A stretch of DNA of 64,000 bases from Candidatus Kerfeldbacteria bacterium (GTDB lineage Bacteria; Patescibacteriota; Patescibacteriia; SBBC01; CAIJZX01), in contig CAIJZX010000015.1 in assembly GCA_903825245.1 (NCBI GenBank), forward strand, positions 28,564 through 92,563, written 5' to 3'. The notes beneath the pieces were generated by a model that was not told the DNA's origin, made no database searches, and saw only the letters and a program-made list of their open reading frames with translations. The first letter of the stretch is position 1. The number at the start of each line of letters is the position of its first letter. Made by a program: the position numbers and the translations under genes. Below, in pieces: positions 29,645 through 39,500 of the stretch.

Positions 29645-30088
29645 ATGTCCATTCAGGACCAGCTTCATCAAGACTATCTGACGGCTTTTAAAGGTCATGA
29701 TCAGAAAACGGTTGATGCGCTGCGGTTGATGAAGGCGGCCGTTAAGAATGCTGAAATCGAGCTGCGGCATGAGCCGCTTACTGATCCTGAGGTCATCATC
29801 GTCCTGACGCGTGAAGCGAAGCGCCGAAAAGAGTCGATCACGGTCTACCAACAAGGAAAACGCGATGATTTAGCGGCGATTGAAGCGTTAGAACTCACGG
29901 TGATCGAAAAGTATCTTCCGGCGCAAATCAGCGACAGCGATCTAGAATCAGCCGTACAGGCCGTTATCGACGATCTCAAACCAACGGCCAAAGACTTCGG
30001 AAAAGTTATGTCGGCGGTCATGGCCAAAGTTAAAGGCCAAGCCGACGGCAACCGGGTTTCAGCGGCAGTCAAACAACACCTCAAATAA
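29645..30088 (+). CDS. yqeY: GatB/YqeY domain protein
   Basis: 147 aa with the YqeY pattern (LRLMKAAVKNAEIEL...). rpsU-yqeY gene order is conserved. Confidence 0.85.
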   Translation: MSIQDQLHQDYLTAFKGHDQKTVDALRLMKAAVKNAEIELRHEPLTDPEVIIVLTREAKRRKESITVYQQGKRDDLAAIEALELTVIEKYLPAQISDSDLESAVQAVIDDLKPTAKDFGKVMSAVMAKVKGQADGNRVSAAVKQHLK

Positions 30089-30120
30089 TTTCAATCTAAC
30101 CAAACCGAAAAGTTCATCTG

Positions 30121-33100
30121 ATGCGTCGTTCGCACATGCTTCGACAACGCTCCCTCGCCCTGCTGAGTATCACCTTGATATTCGGAGGGTTAGTGGCGTT
30201 CGTTCACGCTCCTCATGTGCATGCTGCGACGGCGACGACCTATAGCCTCGAGTCGATAGGCGGACAGGTCGGACTTGGGAATGCGGACCTGAAGCAGGTG
30301 ATTATTAATATCATCAAGTGGGCGCTCGGTTTATTAGCGTTGGTGGCCGTGTCCTACATGATCTACGGCGGGTATGTGTGGATGACGGCGGCCGGTAATG
30401 AAGCTCGAGTTGAAAAAGCGAAACAAATTATTCTCCAGGCCGCAATCGGCTTAGTGATTGTGCTTCTTTCCTGGGCGATCGTCTTGTTTGTGACGAAGTC
30501 GTTATTGAATGTGACCACCAATACAGATGCTGGAACGACCTGCACTCCCGGAGTGGACTGCGCTATTCCTCCTGTTACCGGTGATGAATTTGATATCACC
30601 GCTATCAATACCTGTGCTGTGCCGCCAAAGACCTATGAGAATGTACCGCGTTCCAGTTCGGTGTCGATCACCTTTAATACTGATGTCCAAACGACCCCGA
30701 ACTATGTCCAAACGGCCGTCGGCACTGGTGCCGATGATTTACAGATTGTAAAAATATGTACTGATCTAGCCGCTGGTTGCGTCGTCGGTTCTCCTATCGC
30801 ACCAAATCCAGCGCCAATCGACAACCAAGTATATACGTCCGGACCAAAACCGACTGCGACTGCGGCTGATCTACCGCAGAAAGCAGAGTGGGTATTGAAA
30901 GATAATTCGTTAACGTTCTATCACCTTACGTTGGCGCAGTGCAAGGACGGCACGAAAATCGGTCAAACGTGTGCCGCAGATACGGATTGCACGGACCCGG
31001 ACGCCACAACGCACGTCTGTCAAAAAACGGACCGGTATTTTGATGCCAGTTCGACGTACCGAGTCACAATTCCTAAAGATACCAACACCAAGGCACTCAA
31101 AGACGTTCGTGGTCGGGTATTGCAAAGTTGTGGTGTGCCGGGTCTCGGCGGCGCGATCGATCATTGTACCAGTGATGCTAACAATTTTTATTACACGTTC
31201 ACGACTGGAACCGATACATCAGGTCCGGCGTTCGATGTTGTCAATACCGCGCCGTCGTCGGCATACATCGAAGACACAACGTTAACAGTTGATCGGAATG
31301 TTCCGCGATCAGAAATTCTGTCCATTAATTTTTCGGGCGGCGTCGATCCAGCGTCGGTAACAACGGATAATTTCCGTGTCTATAAAATTACTAACACCCC
31401 AACAAATCTCAACGATGGAACGTGTACGGGTCCTGGACCAGCTTTTGCCCATATCAACTGTCCAGAAACAACAGTTGATCCCAATGATTTCAATATCCGC
31501 GTCAGCGCTTCAGGGCAAGGCATCGTTCTGCAGTACAAAGACCCAACAAAATGGTTTGACGCCTATACCTGGTATCGCGTGGACGTTAAAGATATTCTGA
31601 ACCTTTGCGGAACGAGCGCGAAGCGATCGTGGGTGTTTGAAACGAATAACGTCACGCCCGGTGTCGAGTATGTCTATCCAAATACCGGCTTTGGTTTTTC
31701 CTGTCCGAGTACCGATGTCTACGCACAATTTACTACGTCGATGATGAATATTGCGGCGAGTACGAGTTCGTGTTTTACCGGCAACGCAACGTCGTTCAAT
31801 ACGCAATTAGAAATGTATAAATATACGGCGCCCGTGGGCATGATTACACCCCGGTTGAATTGGAAATTTGATCAACCGCCAGTGGGAGCAACGGATCCAA
31901 ATAATTACTGTAAACACTTGTGGTATGATCCGACGACCGATAGTCTGCCAATCGATTCGGAGCTTGGGATTAGTATTACTACTGATCGGGCAAAAGATGC
32001 CGCTGGTACCAAGCTAACCTATGGTGACACAGTTCCCGGTCCAATGCCGACGAGTGATCCGGTTGGGAGCTGGCACTTTATGGTGAAAAAACCTGGTGAA
32101 TGCGCAAATGCGCCAGTGGTACAATCAGTTTCCCCAGGGGTAGACGCCAATGGTGCTTGTATTTCGGTGCTAGGAAAATACTTTACCGATCCGGCGAAAC
32201 CGGCGCCCGGGACGACCTATCCGCGTGCGATTGATACGTTGGATTTATCATCAAAAGTTCAAGGTCTTTCAACGATTAAGTCGTGGACAGACAACACGAT
32301 TGTTAATCGATTAGATGCGGGGACGGGTGCTGGAGCGCTTACACCAAATGCAGGAAGTGATCCAGCGACCTATTACAATTATAAAGTTGGCGTAAAGTAT
32401 GATGCGCCGATTGGTCTTTTAGAGAGCCAGGTAACTCCTAGCAGTCATTTCCAGCTGAAGGCAGGCGCAGCTTCAAACCGCCCGTGTTTAACTTCAGTCA
32501 TTCCAGATCAAGGTTACGCGGGTGTAACGAAATTTGAAGCAAATGGTGAAAATTTTGGTACGGCGACCGGATCCATCGTTACCAATAACGCCACCGATTG
32601 GGTGCAAAGCCCGGCGACCCCGTGGATTCCCACCAAGGTAGAAAATATCCTGGTCAAGGCTAGTGCTGTTCCAATGACAACGGCGGTGCAAATAAAAAAT
32701 GCCGACGGCATCAGCAATGCAGTAAATTTCGAGGTGTTGCCGCCGGCAACTCCGGGAACGAATCCGGCGCCGGAAGTAATTACCGATACGACCTGTAACT
32801 TGGCAGGCGGGACGATACCCAGTCCGAACCCGGTAAACGGCGACACTATAGCTTGTAAAAATTCAGAAATTACCGTTCGTTTTACCACCAATCTAGATTC
32901 GAGTACGGTCAATTCTGGCACTGTGCAGGTGGTATCGGCGGGTCCAGTAATTCCGCTTTCTATAACCACGGTCGGCAATCTGGTGACCATAAAGCCAACG
33001 ATCATTACAGACATGTTTACCTCGGGTCAAACATACTCCGTAACCCTAACGACGGGTATTAAATCAACAGCGGGCGTGGCGATGACGGCGCCGTACCCAT

Positions 33101-36100
33101 GGTCGTTTCGGATTGACACGAGTGGCGACGTCTGTCACGTAACGAACGTGGAGTTGAATCCGAATGGAACGCAGCGCACCAATAATCCAAACTACTACCC
33201 GCCGATCAGTATTTCGGCGCTACCTACGGATACATCGTGTCATACACTAACTGCGTCGGGGAGTACGACCTGGACAAATTCCAAGCCAGCCGTCGGGACG
33301 ATTAATACGACGACGTCTGCTCAATCAAATATTCTCACGGCGCCGGCTGCAGGCGCGGCGTATAGTTCGACGACAGTTACCGCCAAAATACAATCAATCA
33401 CCAGCGCCCCAGGATTTACCCTGGAAGTGAGTCCGACCGGTTGCGCCTCGACGTCGGATTGTTTGAAGAATCGATTCGGCGCTTCTTGTAATGGTTCAAT
33501 GTGTCAGGGTGGACAATGTACGCCGGTGGTGAATAGCATAGTGCCGAATGTTGGGCCGGTCGGTGAATGGACAACGCTTAATGGTTGCTGGTTCGGAGCG
33601 TACGTGTTGGGTGCCAGCAAGGTGAATTTCTCTCCGTCAACTACCGACCCGTCTTCACCAGGTACCGAGGCTGATACTCCGGACGCTCTTATTTGTGGCA
33701 ACACCTGGACGAATGAACAGATTATCCGCATTGTTCCGCCGACCGCCGCGACAGGACCCATTCAGGTGATTCGCGGTGCGGATGGCTTCAAATCAACCGT
33801 TCTCGCTACCGGCGTACCGATCGGTTGGGGGGCTACCTTGGCTACGCAATCGACCGATGTGCCGACAGGTCACACAGGTTTTTCGGGAATGGCGGATGCG
33901 CCTAGCGGTGGACCTCAAGCATGGCTCGCTCAAGAGTTGCCGGGAACAAATACCGTTGGTGCGAAATATCATGTGATCGGTTGGGTTAAGGGGACTATTG
34001 TAGGAGGGTCAACAGCTGGTCTTATCACACGGTGTTCGGCAGATGTTGTTGGTGAAACCTGTGGGTACGATCTCTTGGGGGCTGCTCCAGGACTTCTCCT
34101 ATCAACGACCGGGTGGAAAAAGATAGATTTCTACATTACCAATAGCAATCCGGCGGATAATGATAAAAATATTTCGATTGACTGTTTTGCTAATCCAGGA
34201 AGTAAAATCTACTGCGACGATATCACCGTTACTAATGCGGATACTGGCGCGGTAGTGCCGGTCAATAACCCAAGTTTTGAAACGACAACGCCAATTTTTA
34301 CCGTCAATACTGCCGCCGTTGACCCGGGTATTTGTAAAATTGATCCTGTCTTCGGTCAGCAAGGCTCAGGCTTCAAGGTTTCCGGTAGCGCCTCACTCAT
34401 ATCAGCGGCTGGTACGCCGAGAAAATTCAGCTTTACAAATGGAGCAACCGTCGATGATGATGAAACTACCGCATTGCCGTGGACGACAACGACCGTGAAC
34501 GGTAAGGTACCGGGCACAGCAACACTCGGGTCAAATGAGGTGACGGCTACCATCAACGGAAAAACAAGTAATCCGCTACAGTACTCGGTGGATCCAGCAA
34601 CTTGTGCGCAAACCTGTAATACCGATGCGGAGTGCAATGTTGTGGGCAGCGATATTAATGGTTGTGGAACTCCCCAGGCGGCACTCGGTGGTTTAGGTTG
34701 CTGCGCGACACGGCCGAAAATTTCCTCTACGAATCCGGCGCAAGGGGCAACAAATATTTGTCTCAACCCGGCACCAAAAATTACGTTTGACCAACCGCTT
34801 GATCCATCAACTATTACCGCCGGACCATCAGGTACGGTGCAATACAAAGATGGATCACGGAGCGTTAACGGTACGGTGAGTTACCGAACAACAGCTACGA
34901 ACGAAGGGGAAATAACCTATTATCCTGGACTCTTATCAGCAAATAGTGCTCAGTCGATGTCATTTATATCATATGTTCCCGATCCTGGGACGACGTTGAT
35001 AGTTAAAAATCCAAGTTTTGAAACCCTGACGTCGGGGGGAGCACTTGACCCATGGAATGGATTCTCATCGCGAATTACACAGGCTGACCCGGCGCCGGGA
35101 CAACCGGTAGGATCGCATTCGGGGTTGGCTGATAATTCTGCTAGTTCTAGTGGTCAGGTGGCTTTGGCCCAAAATATTGCCAATACGAACGTCGTTGGAA
35201 CGACCTATCGCGTGACCGGCTGGGTAAAGGTGGGACATGTGAGCGGATCTGAAGTTGCCGGGTTAATTACACGATGTAGTGACGGTTCCGCCTGCGGATT
35301 TGATCTTTTTGGTCAGGCGCCGGGACTTTGGGGCGCGAGTAATAGTTTATCGGATTGGACTAAACTCGACTTCATGGTAACAAAAACGAGTGGTTTACCA
35401 AGCGTTAACCTTAACATTGATTGTTTCGCTAATGCGAAAAATAAAATCTGGTGTGACGATATCACGGTCACCAAAATGATCCCCAGTTTGATACCGAATG
35501 CTATCCGCGGTGCAAATGGCGTAGCGGCGGATGTAACTGGTTCACCGTTGACGTTTACCACGAACGCTACCATGTGTACGCCCGATAAGGTTAAAATTAC
35601 CCCCGTCAGCAAAAAGTTTGTTTCATCAGCTGATGCAACGTTTTCTGCGAAAATATATACTTCCGACGACGTTGAATTTTCCCCACTGCCCGGGCTGACA
35701 TTGGAATGGACATGGCTGAGTAGTACGCCGACGGTTGCCTCGGTTACTAAAATAGTGGCAACGCCGAATACCGCCACTGTTCATCCGGTTGTGAATGGCG
35801 CCACGACGATTACCGCGACGACAAAAGTAAGTGTAGCGCCTGGCAGTGTAGCAGCTGGCGCTTTGGATGCATCAATAAATGGACGCGAGATAAGTGGCCA
35901 ATCAGATGTTCAAGTAAAATTCTGTGCGAGTCCGTGGTCGTTTAGCGATACAGATTCAAACTGTGACACTGGTGGAACCTGCGAAGCTTTTAATTTCTCG
36001 ACGGATTACTGCGGTGACACTAGCGGAGCACCACTGCCGTCATTTTCCTACGAAGGCACTCTCCCCGGAATCGGTTCGATTGAAGGGGCGAACCTGGTTG

Positions 36101-37068
36101 ACACTACCCGATTGAAGAGCTACTTCTTTAAGGAGTCGGGGGTTAGTCGTGATACGATCGGGCTGCTCATCTTTAAAAATGATAACTTCCTGTCGCCGCA
36201 CGATTGGTTTACGCAGCGCTTCCCACTTGATTCTAGTGCTTCGTCAACCACGGTGGCGGGGTATCCGGCGGTGAAGTCGGGGACGACAACGTATATTGGT
36301 GTGACCGACTTATGGCACAATCCTGCAACAGGTAATGACGAATTGCGCGGGTTAATGTTCGTCTTCGACTACAATTCAAATAATGCTAGTCCGGAAACAG
36401 TAAATATCGCAGATCAATTACTGAGTGGCCTGCAGTTTAATACGAATTTCTCCGACTCCACCCAAAAAGCTCAGGTTATTCGCGACACGCTTCGCCGCCA
36501 GGATCTTACCTCGATGAAATTATCACTTGAGGCGTATAAGACGAAGAATGGCGCATATCCGGCTTTATCGGCGGGGTCGTATATTCCGGGGTTTTCGACG
36601 TCGGCGTGGCCGTCATGGCAATCAACACTTGGTAGTGCACTCGGTACAACAATCCCGACCGATCCAGTCAATTTGTTTGTTCGGCACTGCGTGGCGGATC
36701 CGACGAGAGCCTGTCGGGTCAAAAATGACTGTACATATATGTCCGCAGGTCGTATGGTGCAAGATACCTGTGGCACGGTGTCGGCTTGTGTATCTTCGGC
36801 TACTGATTCACATGAATCATCGACGTGCTGGTCGGAACCGGACAAGAATTTCCAATGCCCAACAAGTTCCGCGGTAAATATGTTCGGCGACACGATTGGC
36901 GGTTCACAACTCTACGCGTACCGTGCGCAAGGTGGTGGTGTCGATTTGTATACGACTATGGAATACCGCGGTGCCGGTTCGTTTATTCCCGCTGTTTTAC
37001 CAACTGGAATTTGTGCCGCTCCAAACGCCTGCGACTGTTTTAACTACTCGATGCATATTGGCTCATAA
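30121..37068 (+). CDS. giant (2315 aa) secreted surface protein: N-terminal VirB2/TrbC-like pilin hairpin anchor, multiple S-layer-type Ig-like domains, two CBM4/9-like modules, Cys-rich modules
   Basis: The frame is uninterrupted for 6.9 kb and Thr/Gly/Asn-rich. The N-terminus has a signal peptide and two hydrophobic helices (IIKWALGLLALVAVSYMIYGGYVWM ... AAIGLVIVLLSWAIVLFV). Repeated VPRS..I.F...VDP.SVT..NF.V motifs are Big/SbsA-Ig-like. NPSFET...W starts precede the duplicated ITRCS..CG(Y/F)DL(L/F)G...IDCFAN...(I/W)CDDITVT modules. Minus-strand ORFs inside are shadows. Confidence 0.85.
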   Translation: MRRSHMLRQRSLALLSITLIFGGLVAFVHAPHVHAATATTYSLESIGGQVGLGNADLKQVIINIIKWALGLLALVAVSYMIYGGYVWMTAAGNEARVEKAKQIILQAAIGLVIVLLSWAIVLFVTKSLLNVTTNTDAGTTCTPGVDCAIPPVTGDEFDITAINTCAVPPKTYENVPRSSSVSITFNTDVQTTPNYVQTAVGTGADDLQIVKICTDLAAGCVVGSPIAPNPAPIDNQVYTSGPKPTATAADLPQKAEWVLKDNSLTFYHLTLAQCKDGTKIGQTCAADTDCTDPDATTHVCQKTDRYFDASSTYRVTIPKDTNTKALKDVRGRVLQSCGVPGLGGAIDHCTSDANNFYYTFTTGTDTSGPAFDVVNTAPSSAYIEDTTLTVDRNVPRSEILSINFSGGVDPASVTTDNFRVYKITNTPTNLNDGTCTGPGPAFAHINCPETTVDPNDFNIRVSASGQGIVLQYKDPTKWFDAYTWYRVDVKDILNLCGTSAKRSWVFETNNVTPGVEYVYPNTGFGFSCPSTDVYAQFTTSMMNIAASTSSCFTGNATSFNTQLEMYKYTAPVGMITPRLNWKFDQPPVGATDPNNYCKHLWYDPTTDSLPIDSELGISITTDRAKDAAGTKLTYGDTVPGPMPTSDPVGSWHFMVKKPGECANAPVVQSVSPGVDANGACISVLGKYFTDPAKPAPGTTYPRAIDTLDLSSKVQGLSTIKSWTDNTIVNRLDAGTGAGALTPNAGSDPATYYNYKVGVKYDAPIGLLESQVTPSSHFQLKAGAASNRPCLTSVIPDQGYAGVTKFEANGENFGTATGSIVTNNATDWVQSPATPWIPTKVENILVKASAVPMTTAVQIKNADGISNAVNFEVLPPATPGTNPAPEVITDTTCNLAGGTIPSPNPVNGDTIACKNSEITVRFTTNLDSSTVNSGTVQVVSAGPVIPLSITTVGNLVTIKPTIITDMFTSGQTYSVTLTTGIKSTAGVAMTAPYPWSFRIDTSGDVCHVTNVELNPNGTQRTNNPNYYPPISISALPTDTSCHTLTASGSTTWTNSKPAVGTINTTTSAQSNILTAPAAGAAYSSTTVTAKIQSITSAPGFTLEVSPTGCASTSDCLKNRFGASCNGSMCQGGQCTPVVNSIVPNVGPVGEWTTLNGCWFGAYVLGASKVNFSPSTTDPSSPGTEADTPDALICGNTWTNEQIIRIVPPTAATGPIQVIRGADGFKSTVLATGVPIGWGATLATQSTDVPTGHTGFSGMADAPSGGPQAWLAQELPGTNTVGAKYHVIGWVKGTIVGGSTAGLITRCSADVVGETCGYDLLGAAPGLLLSTTGWKKIDFYITNSNPADNDKNISIDCFANPGSKIYCDDITVTNADTGAVVPVNNPSFETTTPIFTVNTAAVDPGICKIDPVFGQQGSGFKVSGSASLISAAGTPRKFSFTNGATVDDDETTALPWTTTTVNGKVPGTATLGSNEVTATINGKTSNPLQYSVDPATCAQTCNTDAECNVVGSDINGCGTPQAALGGLGCCATRPKISSTNPAQGATNICLNPAPKITFDQPLDPSTITAGPSGTVQYKDGSRSVNGTVSYRTTATNEGEITYYPGLLSANSAQSMSFISYVPDPGTTLIVKNPSFETLTSGGALDPWNGFSSRITQADPAPGQPVGSHSGLADNSASSSGQVALAQNIANTNVVGTTYRVTGWVKVGHVSGSEVAGLITRCSDGSACGFDLFGQAPGLWGASNSLSDWTKLDFMVTKTSGLPSVNLNIDCFANAKNKIWCDDITVTKMIPSLIPNAIRGANGVAADVTGSPLTFTTNATMCTPDKVKITPVSKKFVSSADATFSAKIYTSDDVEFSPLPGLTLEWTWLSSTPTVASVTKIVATPNTATVHPVVNGATTITATTKVSVAPGSVAAGALDASINGREISGQSDVQVKFCASPWSFSDTDSNCDTGGTCEAFNFSTDYCGDTSGAPLPSFSYEGTLPGIGSIEGANLVDTTRLKSYFFKESGVSRDTIGLLIFKNDNFLSPHDWFTQRFPLDSSASSTTVAGYPAVKSGTTTYIGVTDLWHNPATGNDELRGLMFVFDYNSNNASPETVNIADQLLSGLQFNTNFSDSTQKAQVIRDTLRRQDLTSMKLSLEAYKTKNGAYPALSAGSYIPGFSTSAWPSWQSTLGSALGTTIPTDPVNLFVRHCVADPTRACRVKNDCTYMSAGRMVQDTCGTVSACVSSATDSHESSTCWSEPDKNFQCPTSSAVNMFGDTIGGSQLYAYRAQGGGVDLYTTMEYRGAGSFIPAVLPTGICAAPNACDCFNYSMHIGS

Positions 37069-37070
37069 CT

Positions 37071-37409
37071 ATGCCTGACGAACCATCATTGCCAATCTTA
37101 CCGACCGATGCCACGCCATCGTGGTTTGCGCGAAATCGGAAAATCGTTATACTAGGAGGACTTGTTCTTGTGCTGGCGGTGTTAGCGGTCTTCAGCTTCT
37201 TCTGGCGTTCTCAAGCAACAACGAATACGATAGTGAATAAAGCGGCCACGGTGAATGCAACAAACACGGGTTCGGATACTCAGTCGGATCGGACGACGTT
37301 TCAACGATCGACGGTCTCGACGACACCTGGTGCGCCGGTAAAAGCCTATGCTCCGCCGACGACGCAAGATCTTCAACAAGCGATTCAGCAACGCCAAGCG
37401 ACTAAATAA
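37071..37409 (+). CDS. small single-pass membrane protein
   Basis: 112 aa with TM helix IVILGGLVLVLAVLAVFSFFW. Its start is 3 nt after the giant gene stop. Confidence 0.55.
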   Translation: MPDEPSLPILPTDATPSWFARNRKIVILGGLVLVLAVLAVFSFFWRSQATTNTIVNKAATVNATNTGSDTQSDRTTFQRSTVSTTPGAPVKAYAPPTTQDLQQAIQQRQATK

Positions 37410-37447
37410 TTTCTTTCGTAGTTCTCATCAACATCAACGCCAAGCCT

Positions 37448-38593
37448 ATGTTTGAACAAAATACTCCACCACAACCGCAGTCGCCGAATCCTTTAAATCC
37501 GGTTATGCCGGGTGCCGGATTGCCTAGCCAGCAAATGCCGCCACCGATGCCGACACAACCGGTAACATCTGCTCAGCCGCTGGTACATACGATGCCGGAA
37601 CGGTTTCGTACGGCTGGTTCCGCTCCGGGCGGCCCAAAGAGTGGCTCGAGCACAACGAAAAAACTGATGATCACACTGGTAATCGTGCTCGTGGTCGCCG
37701 GGTTAGGTGTGGCTGGCTTATTTATCTTTACGAAGATGGTGAATAAGAATACGACCAATACGGCAAATACCAATGCCGCGGTAGCTCTTAACACGAACAG
37801 TGTGGCAACGAACGGGAATGGAAACGTGAATACTGTAACCAATAGCGTATTGAATACGAACAGTACGGACGCGAACACGTCGACCAATCTCAACACCAAC
37901 ACGGTTAGTAACGACAATACCAATACGGTCAGCAATGATAATACGAATGCGGTGGTGAGTAACACCAATACGAGTACAAATACGAACACCTCGGGCACGG
38001 TGACACTACAAAAATCGAGTGCCGATGCCGATAGCGACGGACTAACTGATGTCGAAGAAGCGGTGTATGGTACGGATGTTCATAATCCCGATACGGACGG
38101 TGATACATTTATCGATGGTCGTCAGGTTCGAGCTGATGGTACAGAAATCGGCGAACTGGTGGGGTTATATAACCCAAAGGGCACTGGTACATTAGAAGCA
38201 TCCGGGATCGTCAAGCGCGTAGAGAATGCCTCAAAAACCTATAGTCTTCTCGTGCCGACGACATGGACCACAAATGAATCCGCGAACGTATTAGTCATCA
38301 CGCCTGCCACACAGACCGGAGAATTTTTCCAAGTCCATACTTACGACAACACAAGTGCATTGACGGCACAGCAGTGGTACGTGGCGAATAATCCGCAAGC
38401 CCAGACCAGTCTCTTGAAGTCAGGGACGGTGAATGGGTTAGAAACGTTAACCAGTGAGGATGGTTTGACAGTATTCTTCTTCAAGGGGACAAAAGTTTAC
38501 GGAGTGAATTACACTACCGGTGGACTGTCATTGGTGAACTACCTGACCACCTTCGAAATGATGACCAAGAGTTTCAAACTCGTTGCCGCATAA
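37448..38593 (+). CDS. membrane-anchored Asn/Thr-rich repeat protein with Ca-binding-like Asp motif and C-terminal globular domain
   Basis: Pro-rich N-terminus, a TM helix, a low-complexity NTNTVSNDNTN repeat encoded by an imperfect DNA tandem repeat, DADSDGLTDVEEAVYGTDVHNPDTDGDTFIDG (thrombospondin-type-3-like), then about 150 aa of globular domain. Confidence 0.6.
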   Translation: MFEQNTPPQPQSPNPLNPVMPGAGLPSQQMPPPMPTQPVTSAQPLVHTMPERFRTAGSAPGGPKSGSSTTKKLMITLVIVLVVAGLGVAGLFIFTKMVNKNTTNTANTNAAVALNTNSVATNGNGNVNTVTNSVLNTNSTDANTSTNLNTNTVSNDNTNTVSNDNTNAVVSNTNTSTNTNTSGTVTLQKSSADADSDGLTDVEEAVYGTDVHNPDTDGDTFIDGRQVRADGTEIGELVGLYNPKGTGTLEASGIVKRVENASKTYSLLVPTTWTTNESANVLVITPATQTGEFFQVHTYDNTSALTAQQWYVANNPQAQTSLLKSGTVNGLETLTSEDGLTVFFFKGTKVYGVNYTTGGLSLVNYLTTFEMMTKSFKLVAA

Positions 38594-39014
38594 CGTCCGT
38601 TCATCGACAACAGTGACTGTACTTACTCCAGCCGGGGTGAGTACTGACAGTATCCGCCGTTGGGCGCTTCGCGCCCGGCGGCGGCTCGGTGTTGTTGGCC
38701 GGATATCTATCACGATTGTTCCGCCCATTGAAAGCAAGCGCTTGAACATGCGCTATCGTCGGAAACGACGACCAACGAATGTGTTGTCGTTTGATTATGC
38801 GCACGACAGTGAGCAGCGCGGTGATAGTATCATCGATGGCGAGGTTATACTCTGTCCAGAGGTGATACGACGAGAAGCGGTAGAGCAGGGTGAGACGTAT
38901 CGACAACGCTTACAGTTTCTCTTGGAGCACGGACTTATTCATCTGCTTGGACTTGACCATGGCACCGCCCTGGAACAACAGCAATGGGAGCGGCAAGAAC
39001 AGCGACTTGTATGA
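38583..39014 (+). CDS. ybeY: rRNA maturation endoribonuclease YbeY
   Basis: Metal-binding motif HGLIHLLGLDH (HxxxHxxxxxH). Confidence 0.85.
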   Translation: MPHNVRSSTTVTVLTPAGVSTDSIRRWALRARRRLGVVGRISITIVPPIESKRLNMRYRRKRRPTNVLSFDYAHDSEQRGDSIIDGEVILCPEVIRREAVEQGETYRQRLQFLLEHGLIHLLGLDHGTALEQQQWERQEQRLV

Positions 39015-39385
39015 CCACGATTAATTTTCCGCGATTTGTCCGGAGTTTGCGCCACGCGTTGCACGGTTTAGTGCACGCCTTTCAGAATGAGAATAATTTT
39101 CGTATTCACGTAATCATCGGCGCCGTAGTGACGATTGCTGCGATTGCTGCTCGAATACCACGAACCGAGGCTATTGATCTCGTCTTGGTTATTGCCTCCA
39201 TACTTATCCTAGAGCTCGTTAATACCATTGTTGAGCGGTTTGCTGATTTACTTGAGCCGCGAATCCATCCCTACGTGCATATCATCAAAGATTTAATGGC
39301 AGCCAGCGTGGTGGTGGCTGTGGTGGCTGCGATAGTCGTCGGTGTTCTGATTTTTTGGCCGGTGATGATGAGTATTTTTGGGTAG
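39011..39385 (+). CDS. dgkA: diacylglycerol/undecaprenol kinase
   Basis: DgkA family pattern (3 TM, ELVNTIVER motif). Start at ATG 39011. Confidence 0.8.
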   Translation: MTTINFPRFVRSLRHALHGLVHAFQNENNFRIHVIIGAVVTIAAIAARIPRTEAIDLVLVIASILILELVNTIVERFADLLEPRIHPYVHIIKDLMAASVVVAVVAAIVVGVLIFWPVMMSIFG

Positions 39386-39500
39386 GAGTTGCCACTGAAC
39401 ACTAAAAGTGTTCAACTCATGTTATCCACAGCCTTCGTTTTTCCTGGTACATGGTGTATACTATCCACACGTAATGCTTGAGAAAAAATAGGATTTGCCC

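Noticed and set aside
30363-36893. Numerous minus-strand and alternative-frame ORFs of 60-170 aa inside the giant gene (e.g. 32514-33014, 34356-34847, 35313-35777, 36471-36893)
   Set aside because: They are embedded in a long, compositionally consistent + strand ORF with clear domain structure. They are shadow ORFs typical of GC-balanced coding DNA.
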